The notes beneath the pieces were generated by a model. It did not search any database. It saw nothing but the letters and a program-made list of their open reading frames with translations, and had not been told where the DNA came from. Below, one piece after another: positions 55,240 to 63,774 of a DNA stretch of 64,000 bases. This stretch comes from a virus. Its lineage: Duplodnaviria; Caudoviricetes. The position numbers were made by a program, and so were the translations under genes. The stretch spans positions 1 through 64,000 of IMG/VR virus record IMGVR_UViG_3300034127_000005. One strand, given 5' to 3'. Each line of letters begins with the position of its first letter. Within the stretch, counting starts at the first letter, position 1.

Positions 55240-55712
55240 CAGTCGCAACTAATAACATCCAACTTGGAACGTCCGGTACACCAACAAACAACTTTGTAAT
55301 CACAGCCGAAGCTGCTAACGGTACAATGAAGATTGCCCGTGGGAACGCGGGTGCCACAACACAAGACATTCTCTCTGTCGCTTCCAACGGGGATGTAACC
55401 TTCGCAGCGACAGTGCTTGGAGTTGGTCTTGGAGTTGGTCAAACTTGGCAAGGTGTTGGTGGTAGCCGAGTAGCGGGTACAACTTACACAAACACCACAG
55501 GAAAGCCTATTGTGGTTTCTGTCTACCAGAGTGGTGGTGGAACAAACGCAAACTTGTCGTTGACTGTCGGTGGTGTTCTTGTAGCTTATGCAGGTAACGG
55601 AAGTTCTCAACAGACTTACCAAACTGTAACAGCCATTGTACCCAATGGTGCAACTTATGTAGTTAGCGTATCTGGCGGTCAGAGTATTTCTGGCTGGGTA
55701 GAACTGCGTTAA
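55236..55712 (+). CDS. tail fibre tip-like protein
   Basis: GVGQTWQ..R..GTTYTNTTGKPI...WVELR. Confidence 0.72.
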   Translation: MTVATNNIQLGTSGTPTNNFVITAEAANGTMKIARGNAGATTQDILSVASNGDVTFAATVLGVGLGVGQTWQGVGGSRVAGTTYTNTTGKPIVVSVYQSGGGTNANLSLTVGGVLVAYAGNGSSQQTYQTVTAIVPNGATYVVSVSGGQSISGWVELR

Positions 55713-55739
55713 TCATCTTGAATAATTATCGGAGGGTAT

Positions 55740-56042
55740 ATGAAACATTATATTGATCGTACAACAAATGAAATCTTCGCCTATGAAGCTGACGGCTCTC
55801 AAGACGATTACATCCGTGCAGACCTTGAACTTCTGACAGATGGTGGGTTGATTGCAGCGCGTGAGGCTCAGAAGCCGTCAATCGAAGTCCTTAATCAAAT
55901 TGCAGACGCTCAACGTCTAGCAGCCTACGCAGCAGAAGCTGACCCACTCTTCTTCAAATACCAACGCAAGGAAGTAGCGAAGAAAGTATGGACAGACAAG
56001 ATTGCTGAAATCAAAACTCGTTTCCCTAAGACGGAGGAATAA
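55740..56042 (+). CDS. tail fibre assembly chaperone
   Basis: AYEADGSQD, R.AAY..EADPL, EIK.RFP. Confidence 0.75.
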   Translation: MKHYIDRTTNEIFAYEADGSQDDYIRADLELLTDGGLIAAREAQKPSIEVLNQIADAQRLAAYAAEADPLFFKYQRKEVAKKVWTDKIAEIKTRFPKTEE

Positions 56043-56045
56043 TAT

Positions 56046-57086
56046 ATGTCTAGTTCTCTAAGAGCGGACGCCTCTGGACTTCTGGGGGCACTAACAATCA
56101 ATGGTACGGACTCTGTAACATTCGATGCTGCTGGTATTTCAGCAGGTGTTGAACACCCACTAAAATCCATTGTAGCTTCTGTTGCTGCTAACGCACTAAC
56201 TGTTGGACTGGCAGCGACAACCCTTGAGTTCCGCAGCAGCACACTGTCTATCGGTGCTACAACACGTTTGGCTACGCCATCCTTGACAATGACTGTTCCT
56301 TCTGGAGCAACACTCGGTACGGTCAACGCTGTTTCGTCTCGTATCCTACTGCTAGCCATTAACAACGCAGGAACTATCGAACTCGCAGTGGCTAATTCCA
56401 GCCTGACCCTAGACGAGACTACGCTAATTAGCACAACAGCTCTAAGCTCTTCTGCTAACTCTGCAAGTGTTGTCTACTCTGTAACAGCTCGCACAAACGT
56501 CCCATTCCGAGTGATTGGGTATGTTGACTCCACGCAAGCCGTTGCTGGCACGTGGGCAACAACACCTTCGACTGTGCAGGGTTCTGGTGGGAGCTTGTCT
56601 TCTGCAAGTGGTTCTAAATTGGTTTCTGCTGGAGCACAAGCTTCTACTTCTGGTACATCCATTGACTTCACTGGAATCCCATCTTGGGCTAAAAGAATCA
56701 CTGTGTTGTTCAACTCTGTAAGTACGAATGGTGCAAGTGCTATTCAAGTCCAGATTGGTAACGGAACAGCAGAGACTACTGGATACCAATCTGGTAGTCT
56801 CGGCGGTGCTCCGGGTAACTCACTGTCTGGTGGTACGAACACCACAGGATTCTTGCCAACGGCCATCTTCACAGCAGCTTCCACCATCACATCTACTATG
56901 ACTTTGCACAATATCTCTGGAAACAACTGGATCGCATCTGGTATTGGTGGGGCTACGGGTGGTTCTACACTGTTCTTGCTGTGTGGAGTCAAAACCACAA
57001 GCAACGTCGTTGACCGTCTCCGCGTTACAACAGTTAACGGTACAGATGTATTCGACGCAGGTACAATCAACATCTTTTGGGAGTAA
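56046..57086 (+). CDS. tail fibre/receptor-binding-like protein
   Basis: S/T/G-rich beta protein; TSIDFTGIPSWAKRIT, FDAGTINI. Confidence 0.72.
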   Translation: MSSSLRADASGLLGALTINGTDSVTFDAAGISAGVEHPLKSIVASVAANALTVGLAATTLEFRSSTLSIGATTRLATPSLTMTVPSGATLGTVNAVSSRILLLAINNAGTIELAVANSSLTLDETTLISTTALSSSANSASVVYSVTARTNVPFRVIGYVDSTQAVAGTWATTPSTVQGSGGSLSSASGSKLVSAGAQASTSGTSIDFTGIPSWAKRITVLFNSVSTNGASAIQVQIGNGTAETTGYQSGSLGGAPGNSLSGGTNTTGFLPTAIFTAASTITSTMTLHNISGNNWIASGIGGATGGSTLFLLCGVKTTSNVVDRLRVTTVNGTDVFDAGTINIFWE

Positions 57087-57107
57087 TCCCAGTTAAGATT
57101 TTATCCA

Positions 57108-57130
57108 AAGCCATCAACCGATGGCTTTTC
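57108..57130 (+). terminator. intrinsic terminator
   Basis: AAAGCCATC-AACC-GATGGCTTTT. Confidence 0.75.
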
Positions 57131-57148
57131 TGATTTAAGGAGTTCGAT

Positions 57149-58420
57149 ATGGCTAACATTCCAAAGCCTACAAACCTGAACACTATCTGGGCATCTACAG
57201 GAACACGTGTTGATCCGGGTGTTACAAAAACAAACATTGGATGGGTCGTTCAACTCCCTCCATACGAATATCAAAACTGGGCAATGAACCGTTCTGACAC
57301 AGCTATTGCTCACTTCAACCAGCACGGTATTCCAGAGTGGGACGGTAACACAGAGTATCAGGGGAGCTTGTCTTACACGCAGGGCTCCAACGGGTTGATC
57401 TACAAGTGCATCCAAACCAACACAAACCTTGATCCGATCAACACAAACAACAACCTGTACTGGGTTCGTGCGTTTGAAGAGTATGGTAGTGTTCAAGTAG
57501 TTCAATCTGCATTGACTGCACACCTAACAAACTATGCAACATTGTCTGGTATCTCTAACGTTGTAGCCGCTCGTTCTAACCTGTCTGTTTACAGCAAGGC
57601 TGAAGGAGATACACGTTATGCATTCAAAGGTGGTGATAACGCAACTCCATTCCTTGTTGGTACTGCAACAAACCCACAACATGCTGTACCTTTGAGCCAG
57701 ATCAACTCTCTATTGCTCCCTGCAACTGAATCTACTTACGGTACGACAGCATATGCTACAACAAGTGAAACAGAGGGTGGTGTTATTGATAACAAGGCTA
57801 TCACTCCACTCAAAGCTTCTACAATTCTTTTGAAGAAGTCTGGTAACTTGGCTGGCCTTGGCAACATTGCAACAGCACGTACGAACTTGGGACTAACATC
57901 TGTAGCGACTGCTGATCCAGCCACTATTATGTTTAAGGCTGACAACCTTGCAGGCTTGACTAACACACAATCTGCCCGTAACAACCTTGGACTGGGGACT
58001 ATCTCAACGGAGCCTACATCTTCCTTCTTGAGAGCGTCTAATAACCTATCTGAACTGACTAACACACAATCTGCCCGTAACAACCTTGGACTTGGTAGTG
58101 CAGCAGTTCGTAATGTCGTAGGAGCCCCCGGGGATCTAGACTTTACATGCCTAGCGGGGAATCCGGGATATACAATCCTTCCAAACGGACTGGTGTTCCA
58201 GTGGGGCAATAACAATGTACCATTCGCTGGTCTTTATATCACACCGCCTTTGCCTGTTTCTGCAATCTACTCTTTGACCGCAACAGCACATGCTACTACA
58301 AATGGTGCAGACGGTGTTGAAGTTAACATCAACTCTCCTACACAGATCCAACTGGTTTGCTACTCTGGTATTAACCAGAGTAGTGGGCGTGTTAGTTGGT
58401 GGTTGGTTGGGAAGCTTTGA
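57149..58420 (+). CDS. tail fibre protein 2
   Basis: same anchor domain as fibre 1; NL..L.N...AR.NLGL repeats; GYTILPNGLVFQWG tip. Confidence 0.9.
   Translation: MANIPKPTNLNTIWASTGTRVDPGVTKTNIGWVVQLPPYEYQNWAMNRSDTAIAHFNQHGIPEWDGNTEYQGSLSYTQGSNGLIYKCIQTNTNLDPINTNNNLYWVRAFEEYGSVQVVQSALTAHLTNYATLSGISNVVAARSNLSVYSKAEGDTRYAFKGGDNATPFLVGTATNPQHAVPLSQINSLLLPATESTYGTTAYATTSETEGGVIDNKAITPLKASTILLKKSGNLAGLGNIATARTNLGLTSVATADPATIMFKADNLAGLTNTQSARNNLGLGTISTEPTSSFLRASNNLSELTNTQSARNNLGLGSAAVRNVVGAPGDLDFTCLAGNPGYTILPNGLVFQWGNNNVPFAGLYITPPLPVSAIYSLTATAHATTNGADGVEVNINSPTQIQLVCYSGINQSSGRVSWWLVGKL
57957..58092 (+). repeat. 37-bp direct repeat (2 copies, 99 bp apart) in fibre 2
   Basis: TGACTAACACACAATCTGCCCGTAACAACCTTGGACT at 57957 and 58056. 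Confidence 0.9.
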
Positions 58421-58421
58421 T

Positions 58422-58979
58422 ATGCTAACTGATAGTGATTATAAAACAGCAGCAGAGTTGTTGGGTGTTGAAGTTGCTTGTGTTAAAGCCGTTACTCAAG
58501 TGGAGAGCCGTGGAAGCGGCTTCCTCCCTATTGGAGCCCCTGTGATTCTATTTGAGCGTCATTGGATGTACAAACTGCTCAAGGCTAAGCTTGGTAAAGA
58601 GCCAGCCTTGAGTGACGTTGTAGACCCTAAGGCGGGAGGTTACAAAGGTGGTGTTGCGGAACACACAAGACTTGAGAATGCTGTAGCGATTGATCGTGAA
58701 TGTGCTTTACAGAGTTGCTCTTGGGGATTGTTCCAGATCATGGGATTCCACTGGAAGGCTTTGGGATATGGAAGTGTTCAGCAGTTTGTCAACGCTCAAT
58801 ATAAGAGCGAGGCAAGTCAGCTAGATACATTCGTTAGGTTCATCAAGATCAACCCTAGTATGCTGAAAGCACTAAAGGCAAAGGATTGGGCTGGATTCGC
58901 TAAGGCGTATAACGGACCAAAATATAAAGATAATAACTACGACACGAAGTTGGCACAGGCATACGCTAGTTTCGTATAA
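58422..58979 (+). CDS. endolysin, N-acetylmuramidase (DUF3380-like)
   Basis: VES.G.GF, ILFERH, SWGLFQIMGF, FA..YNG. Confidence 0.92.
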   Translation: MLTDSDYKTAAELLGVEVACVKAVTQVESRGSGFLPIGAPVILFERHWMYKLLKAKLGKEPALSDVVDPKAGGYKGGVAEHTRLENAVAIDRECALQSCSWGLFQIMGFHWKALGYGSVQQFVNAQYKSEASQLDTFVRFIKINPSMLKALKAKDWAGFAKAYNGPKYKDNNYDTKLAQAYASFV

Positions 58980-58998
58980 CTAATCGCGGAGGTTCCAC

Positions 58999-59202
58999 AT
59001 GTCAAAGAAAATGAAGATGGGGTTGGGCATTCTAGCGGCTGTGTTTCTTGCAGCAGAGCCCCTGATGATGTTGTGGCAACCTCTTCTTCCGCAAGGTTCA
59101 TATGCAGGGATTGCAACATTCGTGGCAATAGTTCGAGCTGGTCTTGTCTATTACACAACGACGGAAAAGACCGAAGGAGAAGAAGATGTTCCTACAAATT
59201 AA
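58999..59202 (+). CDS. holin candidate
   Basis: two TM helices, charged tail, follows endolysin. Confidence 0.65.
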   Translation: MSKKMKMGLGILAAVFLAAEPLMMLWQPLLPQGSYAGIATFVAIVRAGLVYYTTTEKTEGEEDVPTN

Positions 59203-59608
59203 AACGTATCTAACTGCAATCCTTGTAAGTTTTCTATTGATTACTGGTGGATATGCATATTACGCATACACAGAGATTCAACACTTGAGTCTCGAAGTTA
59301 CAACATACAAGATTGCATCAGAAGACAATCTGAAAGCCAAAGAACAGTCTGATGCAAGCTGTTTGATCACAGTTGAATCTCTCACTGAGCATTACCGCAC
59401 TCAGGCAGCCCTCACAAGCTCCCAGAAGGCCACAGGAGACGCGATCAACGCCCTACCCACCCTGACCCTAAGGGAGAGTTCTAATGCAGCTCCTACGAAG
59501 CCTCAAGGTTTCTCTGATGACGATCGTCTTAGCCCTAGCACTATGCAGTTGCTCGACAACGCGTATTGTGACGGTGACAAAGACCATTGTGCTAGTCCCA
59601 CCAAGTGA
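59186..59608 (+). CDS. i-spanin (Rz-like)
   Basis: N-terminal TM plus periplasmic coiled coil, C-terminal Cys. Confidence 0.75.
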   Translation: MFLQIKTYLTAILVSFLLITGGYAYYAYTEIQHLSLEVTTYKIASEDNLKAKEQSDASCLITVESLTEHYRTQAALTSSQKATGDAINALPTLTLRESSNAAPTKPQGFSDDDRLSPSTMQLLDNAYCDGDKDHCASPTK

Positions 59609-59774
59609 GTTCTTTCTCCCTTGTACCCCTGAACGTGTAAAGGAAAACACTGTTCGTGCATTGGCTCACGGTTACGTGGTCAACACATTCGAAGTATGGA
59701 AGTGTAACTCAAGAATTGCAAACCACAAGAAATGGTTTGAAGAGCAGGAGAAAATCTATGGCAACAACAAATGA
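59517..59774 (+). CDS. o-spanin (Rz1-like lipoprotein)
   Basis: MTIVLALALCSC lipobox; overlaps i-spanin; PP...PC...CN. Confidence 0.78.
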   Translation: MTIVLALALCSCSTTRIVTVTKTIVLVPPSEFFLPCTPERVKENTVRALAHGYVVNTFEVWKCNSRIANHKKWFEEQEKIYGNNK

Positions 59775-60054
59775 CATGGTAAAAGGTGTTCTCAGTTATG
59801 TAGCTGGAGCTTTACTGATGGTTTGTGTCGGTGTTGTAGGATACCAACAAACACAAATTGGGAAGTTGGATGACAGGATTTATACACTACAAGCCACAAC
59901 AGTAACAGAAGACAAACTCAACACTGCAATCAGCCGACTTGAATCTTCTATGGACAACAAGATTACATCCATTAAGAACGAGCAGCAAGTCACCAACAAA
60001 TGGCTGGAACGTTTGATGGATAGATTGGAGTCTAATAACACGGCTAAGAAATAA
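59758..60054 (+). CDS. single-TM coiled-coil protein
   Basis: AGGAGA RBS; start MATTND. Confidence 0.7.
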   Translation: MATTNDMVKGVLSYVAGALLMVCVGVVGYQQTQIGKLDDRIYTLQATTVTEDKLNTAISRLESSMDNKITSIKNEQQVTNKWLERLMDRLESNNTAKK

Positions 60055-60065
60055 GGGGAACTACT

Positions 60066-60389
60066 ATGACAAGGGAACACGAATGGCCGCTAATCATTAC
60101 TGGTAGTGGTCTGGTAATCGCACTCCTTGTCTGCATTCTGCTACTGGCTTTCCCTGCCTATAATAATAAAACAGGCCAACTAGAACTAGAAGTTGCAAAA
60201 CAAGATTATACGCGACAGATAGTTGCGATGGATCGCAAGTATGAAGCGAAGGTCAACAGTCTACAGGAGCAGGTTAACACTCTGCAATTCGTTGCCAATA
60301 AGAGATATGACTTGTTGGATGACGATATGAAAAGGATGAAACGTGAAATTGACGATCTTCGAGAACGAGTAAGAGCCCGCACACGGTAA
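60066..60389 (+). CDS. single-TM coiled-coil protein
   Basis: TM then heptad pattern. Confidence 0.7.
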   Translation: MTREHEWPLIITGSGLVIALLVCILLLAFPAYNNKTGQLELEVAKQDYTRQIVAMDRKYEAKVNSLQEQVNTLQFVANKRYDLLDDDMKRMKREIDDLRERVRARTR

Positions 60390-60405
60390 CGTGGCGGGCC
60401 TTTTT
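60375..60405 (+). terminator. terminator at the end of the late operon
   Basis: GCCCGC...GCGGGC-CTTTTT. Confidence 0.75.
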
Positions 60406-60416
60406 ACGTCTACGAT

Positions 60417-60635
60417 TTAGTAACTCTGATACGAGTGTCCAAGGATGTAGAATGGACCTTGTTCTTCCCACTTACCCATTCCAACATACGCCCTTACAGT
60501 TTCTGGTAGGTCTGGGACGTACAGGTCAGCATAAGCACCATCTGCATAGTACCCAGCTTGAGTTACAACCACTGGATGATCGCCGTGGATAGCTACTTGT
60601 TCCAACAGTTTCTTTGCGTACTCTGAAGCTAACAT
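60417..60635 (-). CDS. hypothetical protein
   Basis: AAGGAGG RBS. Confidence 0.65.
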   Translation of the reverse strand: MLASEYAKKLLEQVAIHGDHPVVVTQAGYYADGAYADLYVPDLPETVRAYVGMGKWEEQGPFYILGHSYQSY

Positions 60636-60818
60636 ATCATTCCTCCTTTTTTCAGATAGTTTTTGGAAGGATGGCGATGCCGTCGTTTCCGCCCATGTGG
60701 AGGCTACGCTTCAATGCTTCTGCATCCTCCATATTGGAGAACACATCTACGAACCGCCCTTGCACAGTAACGATGAATACCTGCATGTTGTTTCCTCCTC
60801 TGTGTTTCGATGTCGGCC

Positions 60819-60846
60819 ATTCTATACACAATCAGCACAGTGTCAA
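60819..60846 (-). promoter_or_regulatory. sigma70 promoter
   Basis: TTGACA-16-TAGAAT on - strand. Confidence 0.75.
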
Positions 60847-61471
60847 TAGCAAAATCAAAAGAATTTATTTTCTTTCTGCTCTTGACAAATCGGATTTTCT
60901 GAGTACCCTAAAAGCTTTTAAAGCTCTTGATCTTAGAAGAAGTAATAAAATACTATTAAAAGATATTGACTTTCATAATATAATACTATAAGGTATACAC
61001 AAATCAGAAGGAGGTGTTCATGTACAACCTAGCTAAGTTTGAAGAGTACACATTACGTAAGCATCTTGGAAATGAACCAGTGCTTGCATGGAGCTTGAAA
61101 AACGGGTATCATTTCCTCTCGTTCATCGAACGACACACATCCGTGCAGGATTTCAAGATCATTGGTGTACTGAAGAATGAAGACTGATCCAAATAGCGCT
61201 TGCACGAACGTAAAAGAGGTGCTACGATGGGCCATATTACATGACGCAGTGTGTCACCCACTGATGGCTCTCTCGGGCTACAGCGATTGGTCAAGGCGTT
61301 TCCACGATTACACATCAAGGAGAGCATGGCCCCGATGACAAAGCCTCGTATCAAATATTGGAAGCACGGGCTCTGGGAATGCTCAGGGATCGGATTGAAT
61401 TCGTTTGACAAGAGTCCAGAAGCCGCGTACATTCGCTGGACACAATTTATCACCAGAATGAGGGTTGAATA

Positions 61472-61666
61472 ATGAATCGAGACTTGGCACATGCCTTCTT
61501 CAAGCTACGAGTATCCGAACGAACCGCAGTGATGCAACGAGTTGACATCACCTTTACACAAGGTCACTCAGAATCAAATACAGATTTTGCTAAAAGGGTC
61601 TTGCAAGCGATCAGTAATGATGGTAAAGTGCGTGAACTAGAGCAAGCAATGCTCTCATTTCAATAA
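61472..61666 (+). CDS. hypothetical protein
   Basis: TAATG-coupled ORF. Confidence 0.6.
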   Translation: MNRDLAHAFFKLRVSERTAVMQRVDITFTQGHSESNTDFAKRVLQAISNDGKVRELEQAMLSFQ

Positions 61667-61683
61667 TTCAAAAGGAGAACAAA

Positions 61684-62022
61684 ATGAAGAATCAGAAATT
61701 CAAAGTAGCTAACGCAACCATCAGCCGTCTTCTGCAAGAAGAGCTATTCAAACAGGGTTACGGCTGGGGCATCAACGGCACCAATATTGTACACGAACTA
61801 AAACCTTTCATCTACACATACGACACCGGCCTGATCACACACGGCATTACTCCATCACATTTTGATGAAAGCACTAACGCAGAAGTGCGTATTATCACCG
61901 AAAACAAACTGGTGATCGCTGAACTTCAACCTGTACGTGAGAAGGTTATCGTCTTCGGCAAGACCTACTACAAAGACGATGTAGACGCAGCACTGGCAAA
62001 ACTGGAGGTAGCACGAGTATGA
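61684..62022 (+). CDS. hypothetical protein
   Basis: AAGGAGA RBS. Confidence 0.75.
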   Translation: MKNQKFKVANATISRLLQEELFKQGYGWGINGTNIVHELKPFIYTYDTGLITHGITPSHFDESTNAEVRIITENKLVIAELQPVREKVIVFGKTYYKDDVDAALAKLEVARV

Positions 62023-62492
62023 GCATTGTCAAAGCAGGTACTAAGGTTGTAGTTCTGGACAGCCACGTAGGCTTCTTCGTTCCGGGCCAGATTGTAACCT
62101 CACTGGGTAGTGTATGTGAATACGACGGTGGGCATGAGTTTACCGGCACTGCTCGTGACTACCCATATGATGAGATTATCCAATGCCTTGAGACAGAGGA
62201 TTTCAACGTGATTGGGAACCTCACACGTGAGATTCTTGAAGGGGCGAGCTGGCGTATCTTACCATTAGATGCTCTGCCAGAAGATAAGTTTGTTGCGGAT
62301 ATGGTGTTTAAATCGCTTGACACCAATATGTTTCCGGGCCATACTGTCGCTCATGGTTACATCTTCAACGACAGTCGTGGTGTGTTCTGCGATGGCGATC
62401 CTGTCCGTACATCGTCTATTGCACGGATGTTTAGTGTAGAAGGCACAGACTACATCGAAACACGCAACACGATCTACAAATTGCTGAAATAG
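62019..62492 (+). CDS. hypothetical protein
   Basis: G.IFNDSRG.F.DG..VRTS...ETRNTIY C-terminal domain. Confidence 0.75.
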   Translation: MSIVKAGTKVVVLDSHVGFFVPGQIVTSLGSVCEYDGGHEFTGTARDYPYDEIIQCLETEDFNVIGNLTREILEGASWRILPLDALPEDKFVADMVFKSLDTNMFPGHTVAHGYIFNDSRGVFCDGDPVRTSSIARMFSVEGTDYIETRNTIYKLLK

Positions 62493-62495
62493 TGG

Positions 62496-62523
62496 TTGAC
62501 AGCAGGTGAAAGCCTGCTACAAT
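62496..62523 (+). promoter_or_regulatory. sigma70 promoter with a palindromic spacer
   Basis: TTGACA-16-TACAAT; AGCAGG-TGAAAG-CCTGCT. Confidence 0.8.
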
Positions 62524-62556
62524 GACCACATCAACGAATACAAAGGAGGATTCAAA

Positions 62557-63171
62557 GTGACTCAAATTTCTATTACTCGGGCCTTGGCTCAGGTTAAATC
62601 GCTGAACGATCGTATCGCTCGTGGCAGCAACGCAAACTTCATCACTACGCTGACAGGCGGCAAGCACGGTACTGGCGTGAGCGAGCAGGAAGCTGCTGCA
62701 ATCATGGTATCGAACCTGCAATCCGTACAAGGTCTGATCGCACAGCGAACTGCACTGAAGTCGGCTATCGTCAAGAGCAACGCTCTGGCTACCGTTTCGA
62801 TCAACGAAGTTGTTATGACTGTCGCTGAAGCCATCGAGCGTAAGGGTTCCATTCAGTTGGAACAAGTGCTTCTGCAAAACTTGCGACAGCAACTGGCTGC
62901 TGCAACCCAACAAGTTGAACGGACCAACGTCCAAGTAAACCAACGACTGGATCAACTGATTCAGACTACTGTCGGAAAAGACCGCAAGGTTGATGAAGCT
63001 GAAGTAGCTGCCATCCGTGACCCATTCCTGAAGTCCAACGAAGCCAAGCTTCTGGACTCCAACAAGCTTCAAGGTGTGATCGACAAGCTTCAAGCAAGCA
63101 TCGAAGGCTTCCTTCTGGAAGTTGACTACGCTCTGTCGGAAGTGAACGCCACTACTAAAATTACCCTGTAA
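62557..63171 (+). CDS. coiled-coil protein (DIP1984-like, tentative)
   Basis: AAAGGAGG then GTG start; ITRAL..K.L..RI, AI..SNA, MTVAEAIE.K, VD..LSE.NATT.I; highly biased codons. Confidence 0.8.
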   Translation: MTQISITRALAQVKSLNDRIARGSNANFITTLTGGKHGTGVSEQEAAAIMVSNLQSVQGLIAQRTALKSAIVKSNALATVSINEVVMTVAEAIERKGSIQLEQVLLQNLRQQLAAATQQVERTNVQVNQRLDQLIQTTVGKDRKVDEAEVAAIRDPFLKSNEAKLLDSNKLQGVIDKLQASIEGFLLEVDYALSEVNATTKITL

Positions 63172-63179
63172 CAAGGGTA

Positions 63180-63474
63180 TTCTGTAGCGATGAGTTGTCT
63201 AAATTCAGTGGGGCACCAGCCATACGCCCTAAGTATGGCTACCATAATTGGATAATTAAACGACATTCTCAGTCTTTTATACGGGGTTCAAATCCCCGAT
63301 AAGCTTGCATTGACTACGAACAAAGTTTAACTACTAAAGATTATGGCTTAAGGCTCAACAATGAACCTTTTAAATATGCAACAACGAAAGCCGAAAGATC
63401 ATCGAATCTTGGATTATGGTTTCGTGGAGTTCACTGAGCATCCCTAATGACGCCCCAAGCTGTCGTCTACAGAA
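63180..63474 (+). ncRNA. ~295-nt structured RNA with a T-arm and heptamer array
   Basis: TTCTGTAG/CTACAGAA, TGGGGC/GCCCCA end pairing; AGCCATAC/GTATGGCT; CGGGG-TTCAAAT-CCCCG; no credible ORF; followed by a terminator. Confidence 0.7.
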
Positions 63475-63480
63475 GCACTT

Positions 63481-63503
63481 AGCCCGCCATGAGCGGGCTT
63501 TTT
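63481..63503 (+). terminator. intrinsic terminator
   Basis: AGCCCGC-CATGA-GCGGGCT-TTTT. Confidence 0.85.
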
Positions 63504-63530
63504 GCTGCCTAAAATATGTGAATATGGCAC

Positions 63531-63558
63531 TTGACACGCACTGGAAACGGTGTAGAAT
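63531..63558 (+). promoter_or_regulatory. sigma70 promoter
   Basis: TTGACA-16-TAGAAT. Confidence 0.8.
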
Positions 63559-63588
63559 TGCCGAATCAACCAAACACGGAGAAACAAA

Positions 63589-63774
63589 ATGAAGATTCCA
63601 GCAGCCATTCTAGCTTTCGTCATGACCATGCTTTTGTTCTTCCTAATGGGCGCCTTCGTTGGCAACAGCTTCAACATCAGTGATTGGAGTCACGACGGAC
63701 GGTTTATGTGCATGATGTTAGGGTTCGTTATTGGTTGTGTAGCAGCCGGGTTCACTTATCAGGAGGTAAAGTGA
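63589..63774 (+). CDS. two-TM membrane protein
   Basis: GGAGA RBS; hydrophobic. Confidence 0.7.
   Translation: MKIPAAILAFVMTMLLFFLMGAFVGNSFNISDWSHDGRFMCMMLGFVIGCVAAGFTYQEVK

Noticed and set aside
63321-63406. CRISPR array or microsatellite
   Set aside because: No identical 20-40 bp repeats with spacers, no cas genes, and units too divergent for slippage.
63370-63677. Minus-strand ORFs over the ncRNA 3' end
   Set aside because: They cross a terminator and a promoter on the opposite strand; no RBS.
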